64,000 nucleotides of DNA from positions 3,776,001 to 3,840,000 of the forward strand of contig OY970194.1 in assembly GCA_963708075.1 (NCBI GenBank), given 5' to 3'. The DNA is from Sedimentisphaerales bacterium (GTDB taxonomy: Bacteria > Planctomycetota > Phycisphaerae > Sedimentisphaerales > Anaerobacaceae). Below the pieces are notes generated by a model that had not been told where the DNA came from, made no database searches, and saw nothing but the letters and a program-made list of their open reading frames with translations. The first letter of the stretch is position 1. Every line of letters starts with the position of its first letter. The translations under genes and the position numbers were made by a program. Below, in pieces: positions 1-10,432 of this stretch.

Positions 1-39
1 CTACTTCGAGAGCCTGGGACAGGAGGAGGGGACGGGGAA

Positions 40-2450
40 TTGATGATTGACAGTGTTACCATCCCTGTAAGTCCCTGGTTCTGGCCGGCCGGGGCACTAC
101 TCATAGCGGGCCTTGCATTGATGGTCTGGTCACATTGGCGCGCCGGGAGACTTCACATTTCAAATCTCAGATTTGGAATTTGGAGAGTCGCCTTCTTGCT
201 CAAGTTGATGGCCATTGTCGTCCTGGCCTTGTGCCTGATCGAGCCGCTCTGGAGCGGCAGGCGCGCCAAGTCCGGGGCCAACCTGTTCATCGTTCTGGCG
301 GATAACAGCAGCGGCATGAATATTCGCGATCGCGACGCCTCCCGCAGCCGTGGCGAGATTCTGCAGGATCTGCTGAATGTGCAGGCCGGTTTGAAACCCG
401 CCCCTACAGGGGCCGGCGCGACGACTAAGCCGGGCTGGCTGGCTGTGCTATCGAACGATTTTCAGGTCCGCCCGTACCTGTTCGATTCAAGGCTGCGCCG
501 GACAATGGATTTCTCCGATCTGGCGTTTGATGGCAAGGCCACGGCGCTGGGCTCGGCCCTGCGGACCCTGGCCGGGCGGTTCCAGGGAATGCCGCTGGCG
601 GGGATCCTCCTGCTGAGCGACGGGTGCGCCACGGATCTCGGAGCGGACATCCCCGACATGCCGGGCCTTCCACCGGTGTACCCCGTGGTGATCGGCGAAG
701 GGCGACCGCCGAAGGACATCTCCCTGGCCGGCGTCTCCGTCAGCCAGACGGCCTTCGAGGACGCCCCGGTGACCATCCAGGCGGACGTCGAAACCACCGG
801 CTTTGCCGGCCAGACCGTGGCGGTCGATCTGCTCGATGATTCAGGAACTATGGTCGAGCACCGGCAGTGGACGATCGACAGGAACGACGAAAGGCAGGCC
901 TTCCGTTTCCGTCTGCGCCCGACAGGACCGGTGTCCTCTTCTATCGCCTCCGCACGACAGCCGGATCACCGATGGACACGACAGCGGCAGCAGAGGCAAC
1001 GCTGGCCAACAACGAGCGGACTATCGTGGTGGACCGCGGCAAGGGACCCTACCGGATTCTCTACGTGGCGGGCAGGCCCAACTGGGAATTCAAGTTCCTC
1101 AAACGAGCCGTCGAGGAAGATGAGCAAGTGCAGCTCGTCGGATTGCTGCGTGTGGCCAGGCGAGAGCCTAAGTACGATTGGCGGGGGCACACCGGTGAGA
1201 CGAGCAACCCGCTGTATCGGGGATTCGACTCCAAGGACGAGGAGACCGAGCAGTACGATCAACCCGTCCTTGTGCGTCTGAACACGCGAGATCAGACGGA
1301 ACTGAACGATGGATTCCCCAAGACGAAGGAGGAGTTGTTCGAGTACCACGCGGTCATCCTCGACGACGTGGAGGCCGAGTTCTTCAGTCGCGACCAGATG
1401 GATTTGCTGCACCGCTTTGTCGCCGAGCGAGGCGGCGGGTTTCTCATGCTCGGCGGCAAGGGATCGTTCCAAGAAGGCAACTTCCGGCGCACTCCCCTTG
1501 GCAACCTCCTGCCGGTGTACCTGGAGCCCGCGCCGGCCGACTCGGTGAAGACGGGGATCCGGCTGCAACTTACCCGCGAGGGCTGGCTGCAGCCCTGGGC
1601 CCGGCTGCGTGACAACGAGAAGGAAGAACAGCAACGGCTCTCGGAGATGCCGGAGTTCCGCGTGCTCAATCATACAGGCTCGGCAAAGCCCGGGGCACGG
1701 GTTGTCGGCGCGATTGGCGGAGCCGAAACGCAACAACAACCCGGGCTGGTCGTCCAGCGGCTGGGCAATGGCCGTACGGCGGCGCTGACCCTTGGAGATC
1801 TGTGGCGTTGGGGCATGCAAAAGCCGCCGATGCACGACGATATGGACAAGTTCTGGCGGCAGACGCTTCGATGGCTCGTGACGGATGTCCCCGGCCGGAT
1901 ATCGCTCCAGGCGGTGCAGAAATCAGGCGAGACGAACCAGCCGGTGACGTTGCAGGTTCGGGTGCGTGACAAGGCCTTCGAGCCCGTGGACAGTGCCTCC
2001 ATCGCCATCGAAGTGCGCGAGCCGGGGGACCAGCGGGTGCAACTGGCCGCGGCCCCCGTGCCCACCGAGAGCGGGCTATTCGAGGCCATCTACGTTCCGC
2101 GCACCAGCGGCGGCTATTTTGCTCAAGTGACTGTGACTGATGCGGCGGGAACGAAAGCAGGTGACGCACAAGCGGGATGGGCGGTCGATCTCGAAGCGAG
2201 CGAGTTTCAATCCGTCCGGGCGAATCGGCCCCTGCTGGAGAAGATCGCCCGCCGCACGGGAGGCCGAATCGTGTCGGTCGATGAGCTGGAGGATTTCGCT
2301 CGCGACTTGCCGCATCAGAAGGTCCCGGTCACAGACGTCTGGGTCAAGCCGCTGTGGGACCTGCCGGGGATGCTGCCGGCGGTCTGCTTGTTCATCTTGA
2401 CTTGTTTTGCCGCCGAATGGGCGATTCGCCGCTGGAAAGGACTGCCGTGA
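40..2450 (+). CDS. Membrane-anchored VWA-like / glutamine-amidotransferase-like (DUF1355-type) protein, split by a frameshift at ~918-920
   Basis: ORF 40..1281 has N-terminal TM helices, a DNSSGM MIDAS-like motif and LLSDG. ORF 867..2450 has ILYVAGRPNWEFKFL, GGGFLMLGG and a C-terminal TM-EWAIRR. One extra C in the CCC run at 918-920 joins them (RLRP-DRTGVLFY). Confidence 0.7.
379..407. repeat. GTAG-type REP palindrome (family A), in frame inside the CDS
   Basis: gtgcaggccggtttgaaacccgcccctac translates as VQAGLKPAPT and matches six other copies in the window. Confidence 0.8.
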
Positions 2451-3442
2451 GAAGAGCATTGACGTTACTAGTCGGCATGCTGAGTTGCAGCGGATTCGCC
2501 GGGCAATCTGAATCCATGACAGAGGGTCAGACCGTGATCATTGTCGTCGGCGCCGCCGGGACGCCCGAGTATGCGGCGCAATTCACAAAATGGGCAGGAG
2601 CTTGGGAGCAGGCATGCACGAAGAGCCATGCGGAGTTCATCAGCATTGGCTTGACCGAGAGCGATAGCCAATTGGATCGTGCGCGCCTCCAAGAAACACT
2701 TGCCAGGCAATCTGAACAGACTTCGGCTGCTTTGTGGCTGGTCCTGATCGGGCACGGGACTTTCGACGGCAGAGCGGCCAAGTTCAATCTCCGGGGCCCG
2801 GACATCTCAGCAGGCGATCTTGCCGAATGGCTCAAGCCAATGAAACGGCCTGTCGCCGTCATCGACACGGCCTCCTCCAGCGCGCCGTTCCTGAAAGAGC
2901 TGTCTTCGCCCGAGCGCACCGTAATCACCGCCACCAAGAGCGGTTTTGAACAGAACTTTACGCGATTCGGCCAGTACCTTGCCGAGGCGGTCGTCGATCC
3001 TCGGGCGGACTTGGACAAAGACGGGCAGACCTCCCTGCTCGAAGCGTTCCTCAGCGCCTCTCACGCCGCCAGCGAGTTCTACTCCGCCGCCGGAAGACTC
3101 GCTACCGAGCACGCGCTGCTTGACGACAACGGCGATGGCCTGGGCACGCCCGCCGAGTGGTTCCGCGGCATCCGGCCGGTGCAGAAGGCCCGGGACGACG
3201 CCGCCCTCGACGGCTACCGGGCCCATCAGCTTCATCTGCTCTATAGCGAAGGCGAGACGGTTATGCCGCCGGAGGTACGGGCCCGACGCGATCAACTGGA
3301 GTTGCAGGTCATGCAACTCCGTGACACGAGAGCCTCGCTCTCCGAGGAGGAGTACTTCGCCAAGCTGGAACCGCTGCTCCGCGAGATCGCCCGAATCTAC
3401 GAGCAGGCGGACAAGCGTGCCCCCTCAGGGCAATCGAGGTAG
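2447..3442 (+). CDS. Secreted hypothetical protein, possible caspase/C13-like fold
   Basis: GTG start overlaps the upstream TGA (GTGA). Signal peptide, LIGHGT motif, DLDKDGQTS Ca-binding-like motif and EHALLDDNGDG. Confidence 0.65.
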   Translation: MRRALTLLVGMLSCSGFAGQSESMTEGQTVIIVVGAAGTPEYAAQFTKWAGAWEQACTKSHAEFISIGLTESDSQLDRARLQETLARQSEQTSAALWLVLIGHGTFDGRAAKFNLRGPDISAGDLAEWLKPMKRPVAVIDTASSSAPFLKELSSPERTVITATKSGFEQNFTRFGQYLAEAVVDPRADLDKDGQTSLLEAFLSASHAASEFYSAAGRLATEHALLDDNGDGLGTPAEWFRGIRPVQKARDDAALDGYRAHQLHLLYSEGETVMPPEVRARRDQLELQVMQLRDTRASLSEEEYFAKLEPLLREIARIYEQADKRAPSGQSR

Positions 3443-3549
3443 ACCGCCCCATTGCTGAGCGGCACCCGCTCCGGTATTCTTGTCTCCTGTGATATTCCTC
3501 GGATCGACGTAACGATGCTGGTTGGAGACCTCAGGCAGGGCTGCGTGTT

Positions 3550-5267
3550 ATGTTCGGACTGTTCGACGCGGTTTTCTTCTTCGGGTACATCGTGGTCGTG
3601 CTGGTTATCGGCTTCGCCGTAGCCCGACGAGAGAAGCCGACCGTTCAGGAGTATTTTCGCGCCGGCAACCGCCTGCCCTGGTACGCCATCGGAGCCTCCA
3701 TCATCGCGGCCGGAGTCAGTTCCGAGCAATTCGTGGGCGAGGTCGGGTACGCGTACAAGCTCGGCATGCCCGTGATGAACTGGGAATGGATGGTCTTCCC
3801 GGCCCTGTCCATCCTGCTTTTTATCTTCATCCCGCTCTACGTCCGTAACCGCATCACGACCATGCCGGAATACCTGGAGCGCCGTTACGGCCCGCACGCC
3901 CGCACCCTCTACGCCGTACTCATCATCGCCAGTTACATCTTCGTGAATTTCGCCCTGGTGTTCTACACGGGCGGCTACGCCCTGGAGAAGATGTGGGGCT
4001 TTGACCGCGTCGCGGCAGTCTGGTTGCTGGCCGCCGCGACGGGGGCATACACGATCTACGGCGGGATGCTGTCGGTCGCCTGGACGGATTTCTTCCAGTG
4101 CCTCCTGCTGATGGGCGGAGGGCTCTATGTATTCCTCGCGGGCATGCACCACCTTCACTGGGACTTCGCCGCGGTCATCAACAGCGGCCAACGCGCCCAC
4201 CTGATCGCCCCGCAGAGTCACGAGGTGCCCTGGACCGCCCTGGTGATCCTGGGCCTGTCCACAAATGTGTGGTACTACGCCACGGACCAGTTCATCAATC
4301 AGCGATGCCTCGGCGCGAAGAATGAGTGGCACTCCAAAATGGGCGTCCTTTTTGCCGGGGGTCTGCAACTGCTGCTACCGCTGGCCACAGCCGCTCCTGG
4401 GATGATCTATTATGTGATGAACCCCACATTGCCCGATCATAACGCCGCGTACACTTCCATCGTCGCCGAGCTGATCCCGGCAGGTCTGCGCGGGCTGGTC
4501 GTGGCCGCCGTGATCGGCGCGATCATGTCCACAATCTCAGGCCTGGTGAACTCCACCTCGACGATGGTGACACTGGACCTGTTCCGCCGCTGGAAGGGCA
4601 AGGACTGGCCCGAGCACCGGCTGGTCCGATTCGGGCAATGGTCCGGCACCGTCGCCCTCGTCATCGGCGCGCTCTTGCGCCGGTGGTCATGAAATGGGAC
4701 AGCATTTTCCGCTACTGCCAGGACATCTGGGCCCCGATGGCGGCGCCGGCGGTCGTCGTTTTCGTCGGCGGGGCGCTCTGGCGACCGGCCAAGCAGCGAG
4801 GGGCGGTCGCTTGTCTGCTGCTGGCCATGCTGACCGTGCCGCTGACGTTCCTGAAGTCATTTCTGGCGGATGCCGGCATCCACATCCTGCCGCCGAACCT
4901 CGAAAACTCCCTCATCTTCGGTGGCGGCGTGTTCATACTGTCCATCGTCCTGCTTGCGGTGTTTTCGCTTGTCCGATCTCTGGCCGCCGGCCTGCTGTGC
5001 AGCGCCGTAGCGGCTGCATTCATCTTCTGGCTGATCAACGCCAATCCTGCCACAATAGCCGTCCTCATCGTCGGGTCCTACATCGCCGCGATGATCTACG
5101 GCTGGCGCATCAGCTCGCGGGAAGCGCACGACGATCCCTACATGTGGAATCGCTCGATGCTGGTGGGCTCGCCCGCGGGCCAGGCCCAGAAATGGTACAG
5201 GAGCATCTGGTTCTGGTGGCTGGTGAACCTGGCGGTCTTCACGGCTATCTACATTACGTTCTGGTGA
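3550..5267 (+). CDS. Sodium:solute symporter (SSS family, sugar type), split by a frameshift at ~4675
   Basis: Motifs YFRAGNRLPW, SSEQFVG, TMPEYLERRY, GGMLSVAWTD and DQFINQRCL. The reading continues in ORF 4638..5267 if one T is added at 4675-4676. Confidence 0.85.
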
Positions 5268-5268
5268 T

Positions 5269-6693
5269 TCACTCGCTGATCGATGCAAGGATTTCCGCGA
5301 GCCGGGCCATTTGAGTTGAGGAGGGTCTGTTGGGCTCCTCCTGTGCGTACTCGGTCACCTTATCGCGCGCGAGCTGATAGACATCCTTCGCACCTTTGGC
5401 GGCCCAGGAGCCGTACTGTTCGCGGACGGATAATCGCGGGGCCACATATTCATCGGAGTAAAGCCACTTCAGCGTATGATCGGCCGTCAGATACGATGGA
5501 TTCTGCGGGCCGGTTTTGATGATCAGGTCCTTGCCGATAGTCCCTTCGTCCACCTGCACGCCTGCCGCAATCCTGCGGCAGATGGCGGACATCTCCTCGT
5601 CCATCAGCAGTTGCTCGTTGCTGCACGTCAGTCCGGTGGCGAACATGCCGCAGTTGACGATCAGGTCGTGGCCCGCGGCGACGGAGCAGAACTGGCTCAG
5701 TGCCTTTTCCCAAGCGTTCTGTTCGTCATGCGCGTGATTGTCCGAGTTCGGCGCCGTCGTGTGAGAGGGAACCTTGTAGAAATGTGCCAACTGAGCGGCC
5801 GCGATCCGGCAAACGGTCGTCTCCGTCGAACCGACCAGGGCGGTCCCGGTTCGCATGTCACAGGTGGTCCAGGAATTGGCGTACATGACCTTCGCGCCCG
5901 GCCTGAGCATCTGAATCATGGCCAGGCCCGACAGGCATTCCGCGTTGCACATCGTCAGCAGCCCGGCCAGCGTATAAGGCGCGGAAATCCCTGCGATCGG
6001 CTCCGGGAGAATAGCGAGCGGGACCCCCGTCGGCACGGTGTCCATGATCGCATCCAGCACGCCCTCCTCCCAATAGAGCGGACTGGTGGAGGAAAGCTGG
6101 CTGATGCCGTACACCTGGCTCTGCAGGTCGCCTGTGAACGCCGCCTTCAGCATTTCGATGCACAGGCTGTTGATCTCGGTGCTGTTCGTGGAGAAGTAGA
6201 TGGGCTTGGTCGTATTCTCGATCACGGCTCGCACGGCATAGAGGAGCGTCGCCCCGGGGTTCGGGATGTCCTGCGGCATCACCGGCACGCCGACCATGTC
6301 GATGCACTCCAGCTTGTCGCAGATGCGAGTGAAAAGCTCCACGTCGGCCACTGTGGATTCCCGCCGCTTGCCCGTCTGCGAATCCACCCAGAAGACGGCA
6401 TTGTGCCCGGCCGCGATCTTCGGCTTTCTGTCGCCCAGAACGAAGACGAATTTCCCATTGCGGTCGAAGACGTCGAACTGTGCGGGGACATGGCTCAATG
6501 CATCTTCAATGGAAGCTCGCGTGAAGGTCACGGTGCGGGCTTCGGTGTCCACAGCAAGCCCCCTGCCCTTCAAGAAGGCCAGCATTCGGTCGTTGAGGAT
6601 TCTGACGCCGCACTGCTGCAGGATGTCGAGCGAGGCATTGTGAATATCGAGGATTTCCCGCTCCGAGAGAACCTTGAGCCATGGTAATCGCAT
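5269..6693 (-). CDS. Trimethylamine:corrinoid methyltransferase (MttB) family protein, non-pyrrolysine
   Basis: 474 aa. Motifs LSEREILDIHNASLDIL, SPL, APYTLAGLL...NAECLSG, DMRTG, DEQNAWEK and EQLLMDEE. No in-frame amber codon. Confidence 0.85.
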   Translation of the reverse strand: MRLPWLKVLSEREILDIHNASLDILQQCGVRILNDRMLAFLKGRGLAVDTEARTVTFTRASIEDALSHVPAQFDVFDRNGKFVFVLGDRKPKIAAGHNAVFWVDSQTGKRRESTVADVELFTRICDKLECIDMVGVPVMPQDIPNPGATLLYAVRAVIENTTKPIYFSTNSTEINSLCIEMLKAAFTGDLQSQVYGISQLSSTSPLYWEEGVLDAIMDTVPTGVPLAILPEPIAGISAPYTLAGLLTMCNAECLSGLAMIQMLRPGAKVMYANSWTTCDMRTGTALVGSTETTVCRIAAAQLAHFYKVPSHTTAPNSDNHAHDEQNAWEKALSQFCSVAAGHDLIVNCGMFATGLTCSNEQLLMDEEMSAICRRIAAGVQVDEGTIGKDLIIKTGPQNPSYLTADHTLKWLYSDEYVAPRLSVREQYGSWAAKGAKDVYQLARDKVTEYAQEEPNRPSSTQMARLAEILASISE

Positions 6694-6707
6694 CTGAGAC
6701 TATCTCC

Positions 6708-7622
6708 TCAACCTGCGACCTGTCTAAAAAGGTCGGCGTACGTGCAGGGTTTCAGCCCAAGCCGGCGAGCGTGGACAAACGTCAGTTCGAGCATCTTCAT
6801 CTCGGGGTCGAACTTGTGCAGCGACCATGGGTGCCAGATCAGTGAGACGTGGGGCTTGTTCGTTTCAATCGCCTTTTCGAGAAAGACCCGGTTGATCTCG
6901 AATTCGTCGCCGGCTGTCCGGACGAATTGCGTCGGAATCGCCTCGGGCATGGGCGAGGGCCACAGCGTGAGGCGTCTGGGTCCCCAGCCATTGTGGTTCT
7001 TGAGCAGGTTCTCATGCCAGCCGTGGCCGGGCAACTCCCACAGATCGGCGAACCCGTCCTCGCCATAGTGAAATGGCTCGCGGATCAGTGCGGGCATGGA
7101 ATAGTCCGGCCCCCACAGCAGGCTGCTGACGTACTTGAGCCCAGCCTCGCGGAGCAACTTCAGAACATCGGTTGCACCTTTGAAGCCATTATCGAAGCCG
7201 CAGGCCGCCCGCAGGCCCAGGCACGGCCGCTCGAAGACGCTCTCAATCAGCTCCTTGGCCCGGAAAATCTCCTCCCTCTTTTCCTCCGCGGAGGCTGCCG
7301 CACCGCAGAAGACGTTCTCCCGAAGCATCTTGTGGCTCCAGGTGTGCGAAGCGACCTCGAAGAGCGGGTCCGCGAGCAACTCTTTGTATTCTTTGGCGTT
7401 CCCTTCCAGCGTCCTGCCGGTAATGAAGAACGTCGCGGGCATCTGGAGCTGCTTGTGGACCTCGACGATCCTGCGACAGGCCTGCAGGCACGCCGGCGAC
7501 TCCGTGTCGTACGCGGCAATGTACGCTGTCTTAGAATTCGCAATTTGAGATTTGAGATTCGAGATCGGAAGGGCCGCCCCCAATGCAGCGCCCATGAGGT
7601 CTCTTCGTGAAATGCGGCTCAT
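6708..7622 (-). CDS. Polysaccharide deacetylase (NodB/CE4-like) with Tat-like leader
   Basis: SRRDLM leader; motifs AYDTE, PATFFI, EVASHTWSH and LIWHPW. Confidence 0.8.
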   Translation of the reverse strand: MSRISRRDLMGAALGAALPISNLKSQIANSKTAYIAAYDTESPACLQACRRIVEVHKQLQMPATFFITGRTLEGNAKEYKELLADPLFEVASHTWSHKMLRENVFCGAAASAEEKREEIFRAKELIESVFERPCLGLRAACGFDNGFKGATDVLKLLREAGLKYVSSLLWGPDYSMPALIREPFHYGEDGFADLWELPGHGWHENLLKNHNGWGPRRLTLWPSPMPEAIPTQFVRTAGDEFEINRVFLEKAIETNKPHVSLIWHPWSLHKFDPEMKMLELTFVHARRLGLKPCTYADLFRQVAG

Positions 7623-7642
7623 TGTAATCCCCTCGTGAATCG

Positions 7643-8428
7643 TCACCGCGTCAGGTACGCGAGTGTCTTTCGCACGGATGACTCGTGATCGGTGGAGGGC
7701 AGGTATTCGAGGCCGAAGACGCCCTGGTAGCCCAGCGTCTCGATCTGTCCCATCACGAATGGGTAATCCGTCTCGCCGTGGTACAGCTCGTGCCTGCCGG
7801 GCACGCCTGCGGAATGGAAATGGCCGATCACGTCGATGTTTCGCTTGATGTGGTTGACGAGGTCGCCCTCCATGATCTGCATGTGGTAACAGTCGAATAG
7901 CAGCTTCAGCCGCGATGAGCCGATCTCTCGGCAGATCTCCGCCCCCTCGTCGCTGCTCGCCAGGAAATAGCCGCGATGATCGTACCGGGTATTCAGCGGC
8001 TCCAACAGCAGCGTCACGCCGGCCTTGTCCGCCATCTCGACCGTCGGCTTGAGCCCGGCAACCACCGACGCAAGCATCTTGCTGCGGGTCATCCCTTTGA
8101 CCTCATTGCCCGTGCAGACGATGGTGGCGGGGATGCCAGCTTGCTTGGCGAACTCGATGGTCATCGCCGCCCGAGCGAGCCACCTTTTGCGGTGGGCGGG
8201 ATTCGTGAGGCCGCCGCCAATGGAGCCGTCGGGCGAGCCGATCACCGTGTTCGTGATCGCGACATCGTGCGTGTCGGCCATCTTCGCGAGTTCCTGGGGC
8301 TTGCCCTTGAAGCTCTTGTCCACGAACCACATCTCGACGTTCCTGAACCCGCACTCCGCAGCCTTTCGGATGCGGTCCTCAAACGGCAGATTCGCAAACG
8401 CCATCTCTATGCATAATCCTATTCTCAT
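7643..8428 (-). CDS. Hydroxypyruvate-isomerase-like / xylose-isomerase-like TIM-barrel protein
   Basis: Motifs LLLEPLN, LLFDCYHMQIMEG, GHFHSAGVPGRHE and GLEY. Start placed at MRIGLC (8428); 8434 is an alternative. Confidence 0.85.
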   Translation of the reverse strand: MRIGLCIEMAFANLPFEDRIRKAAECGFRNVEMWFVDKSFKGKPQELAKMADTHDVAITNTVIGSPDGSIGGGLTNPAHRKRWLARAAMTIEFAKQAGIPATIVCTGNEVKGMTRSKMLASVVAGLKPTVEMADKAGVTLLLEPLNTRYDHRGYFLASSDEGAEICREIGSSRLKLLFDCYHMQIMEGDLVNHIKRNIDVIGHFHSAGVPGRHELYHGETDYPFVMGQIETLGYQGVFGLEYLPSTDHESSVRKTLAYLTR

Positions 8429-8439
8429 ATCCATCCCTC

Positions 8440-9765
8440 TCACTTGAGAATGGTCCGCAGGACCTTGTTGATGCCCAGGGCGATAGCGGCACAATCCAGC
8501 GGCGAGTAGTTCCAGTTCACATCCAGCATGATCGCCCGCGACAGCAGGTCCAGCGCCCGCGGGCACATGTCACGCGCGTATTTCGGCAATTCCGCCGCCG
8601 GCACAGCGCTCCAGGGCAGGCCGTCCCGAGCGACAGACTTCTTGTCCAGGATGTGCTCCCAGCAATTGTAGACGTGCCAGTCCCTGATCTTGGAATCGTA
8701 AATGCCGCCGGCGGGAACGCCCTCCGCCTGCATGGCGTCGATGGCCTTTCGCGTCCCTTCGGCCGTTGACAGGAACATGACGAGGCAAATGGCCGTGTCG
8801 CCCGCCTCGTCGGTCAGGCGGCGAAAGCTCAGGCCGGGCAGCCGCGAGATCGCGTCCTTAATCTGCTTCTTGGCCCGCCTGTAGCCGGCGAGCATCTCGT
8901 CCGCCTTGCGGATCTGCGCCAGCGCGACGGCGCCCTCCAGCTCGCTCATGCGGTAGTTCTCGCCGCAGAACAGCTCGCCCTCCTTGCGCTCTTTGGCGAA
9001 GCGGTCGGGCCTCCAGCAGGCGGCGCAGTCGTGCCAGCTCTGGGCGCGGGTGTAGAGCCACTCATCGTTCGTAGTGACGAAGCCGCCCTCGCCGCTGACG
9101 ACGATCTTGTAGTAATCGAAGCTGAAGCAACCCATGGTGCCGATACTGCCCAGGCGCTTGCCGCCGAACGAGCCGCCTGCAGCCTGTGCCACGTCCTCGA
9201 TCACCGGAATGCCTTTGCGGTTAGCGAGGTCCATGATCGCATCCATCCGGGCGGGCGAACCCCGCATGTGGACCGGGACGATCGCCTTCGTCCGCTTCGT
9301 GATGGCTTTCCTGACTGCATCCGGGTCCATGTTCAGACTGTCATCGACGTCCACAATGACCGGGATCGCATTGGCGCTGGCCACGGTGGCGCTGGTGGCG
9401 AAGAATGTATAGCCCGGAACGATGACTTCGTCGCCCGCGCCGATCCCCAGCGCCCGGTAGCTCGCCACAAGGGCGGAGGTGCAGGAATTGACGGCGAGGC
9501 AGTGCCCAACACCGATAAGCTCGCGCATGGCCGCCTCGGCCGCCGCCACTTTGCTCGGCCTGGGATTGTAGTAGCGAAACAGGTGAGGACCCGCCACATC
9601 CGGCTCGTTCTCGATCAGCTCCCTGAGTTTCTGCTGCGTCTGCGGGCTGAACTGCCACATGCTCAGAATCTCAAGAAGCTCATCTTTGCCGATTTTTGCA
9701 GGGAACGGCCCCAGTTTGCCGACCGCCTTACCGCCGCCGTCGATGGCCAGTTTTTCCACGCTCAC
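8440..9765 (-). CDS. DegT/DnrJ/EryC1/StrS family PLP aminotransferase
   Basis: Motifs NSCTSAL, GDEVIVP, IEDVAQA and FSFDYYKIVVSGEGG. GTG at 9765 follows an AGGGGAG RBS. Confidence 0.9.
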   Translation of the reverse strand: MSVEKLAIDGGGKAVGKLGPFPAKIGKDELLEILSMWQFSPQTQQKLRELIENEPDVAGPHLFRYYNPRPSKVAAAEAAMRELIGVGHCLAVNSCTSALVASYRALGIGAGDEVIVPGYTFFATSATVASANAIPVIVDVDDSLNMDPDAVRKAITKRTKAIVPVHMRGSPARMDAIMDLANRKGIPVIEDVAQAAGGSFGGKRLGSIGTMGCFSFDYYKIVVSGEGGFVTTNDEWLYTRAQSWHDCAACWRPDRFAKERKEGELFCGENYRMSELEGAVALAQIRKADEMLAGYRRAKKQIKDAISRLPGLSFRRLTDEAGDTAICLVMFLSTAEGTRKAIDAMQAEGVPAGGIYDSKIRDWHVYNCWEHILDKKSVARDGLPWSAVPAAELPKYARDMCPRALDLLSRAIMLDVNWNYSPLDCAAIALGINKVLRTILK

Positions 9766-10432
9766 CGGTTCTCCCCTTCTCACATTATCCATCACAGACC
9801 ATTGCCCAACCAAACGCAGACCCACGGGTTATACCGCACTACCTGCGATTGTTCAAGTCGGGTGACATCCTGCGGAAAGACATGAATAATGCGGCCGGCG
9901 GCAGCCTCCTTACCGCCGCCGCGCCGGAGATTCGGCCCCCTCGGTCCTCCGGAAGCGACTGCTTCAGCTCGCCGCAAGCACCGAATGGCCATTTCGCGTG
10001 CTCCGTCCGGGCAATATCCTCAGAGATTCCCTCGAATAAGGCTACAGAGGAAATTGCTCATACATGATTAAGGGTTTTGCCTAGTCGCATGGCGCAGACC
10101 GGCACGTGACATCGAACGATTAAGGATTTTGCTTAAAAACAGACTGATACTTTTCCTCATATTGGGAGAAGGCGAGATGTCATGGATCAACTCATGACCC
10201 TGTAATGCCGCCTTTGAGAAGTTGGATTCCACATTGACAGCTTATCGAACTACGGGTATGGATAAGACATGGCGCCATCATTTGACGACGGGCAACTGAG
10301 GCCATTGGGTTGGAGGTTTGCGTCACGAAAAGTCAACAGCGCAACCCCTGCGTCTTTTCTGACTGCATTCTTGCTGGCGATTGTGCTCCATGATCAGCCA
10401 TTCTTTCATCGCTATGCACAAGGGAATCCTGT

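Noticed and set aside
5269..6693. Pyrrolysine recoding in the MttB-family gene
   Set aside because: The ORF is continuous with no in-frame TAG, and no pyl genes are present in the window.
9890..9980. GC-rich hairpins upstream of the aminotransferase as SRP RNA or a riboswitch
   Set aside because: Only short GC stems expected by chance; the SRP domain-IV motif is incomplete.
10234..10263. Sigma70 promoter for kaiC (TTGACA at 10234)
   Set aside because: The -10 match at 17-bp spacing is poor (TATGGA), so it cannot be called.
10285..10360. c-di-GMP-I riboswitch upstream of kaiC (GACGCAAA...GTTGCC on the minus strand)
   Set aside because: It lacks the 5' GGCAAA and the GNRA-capped stem, and it is on the wrong strand for kaiC.
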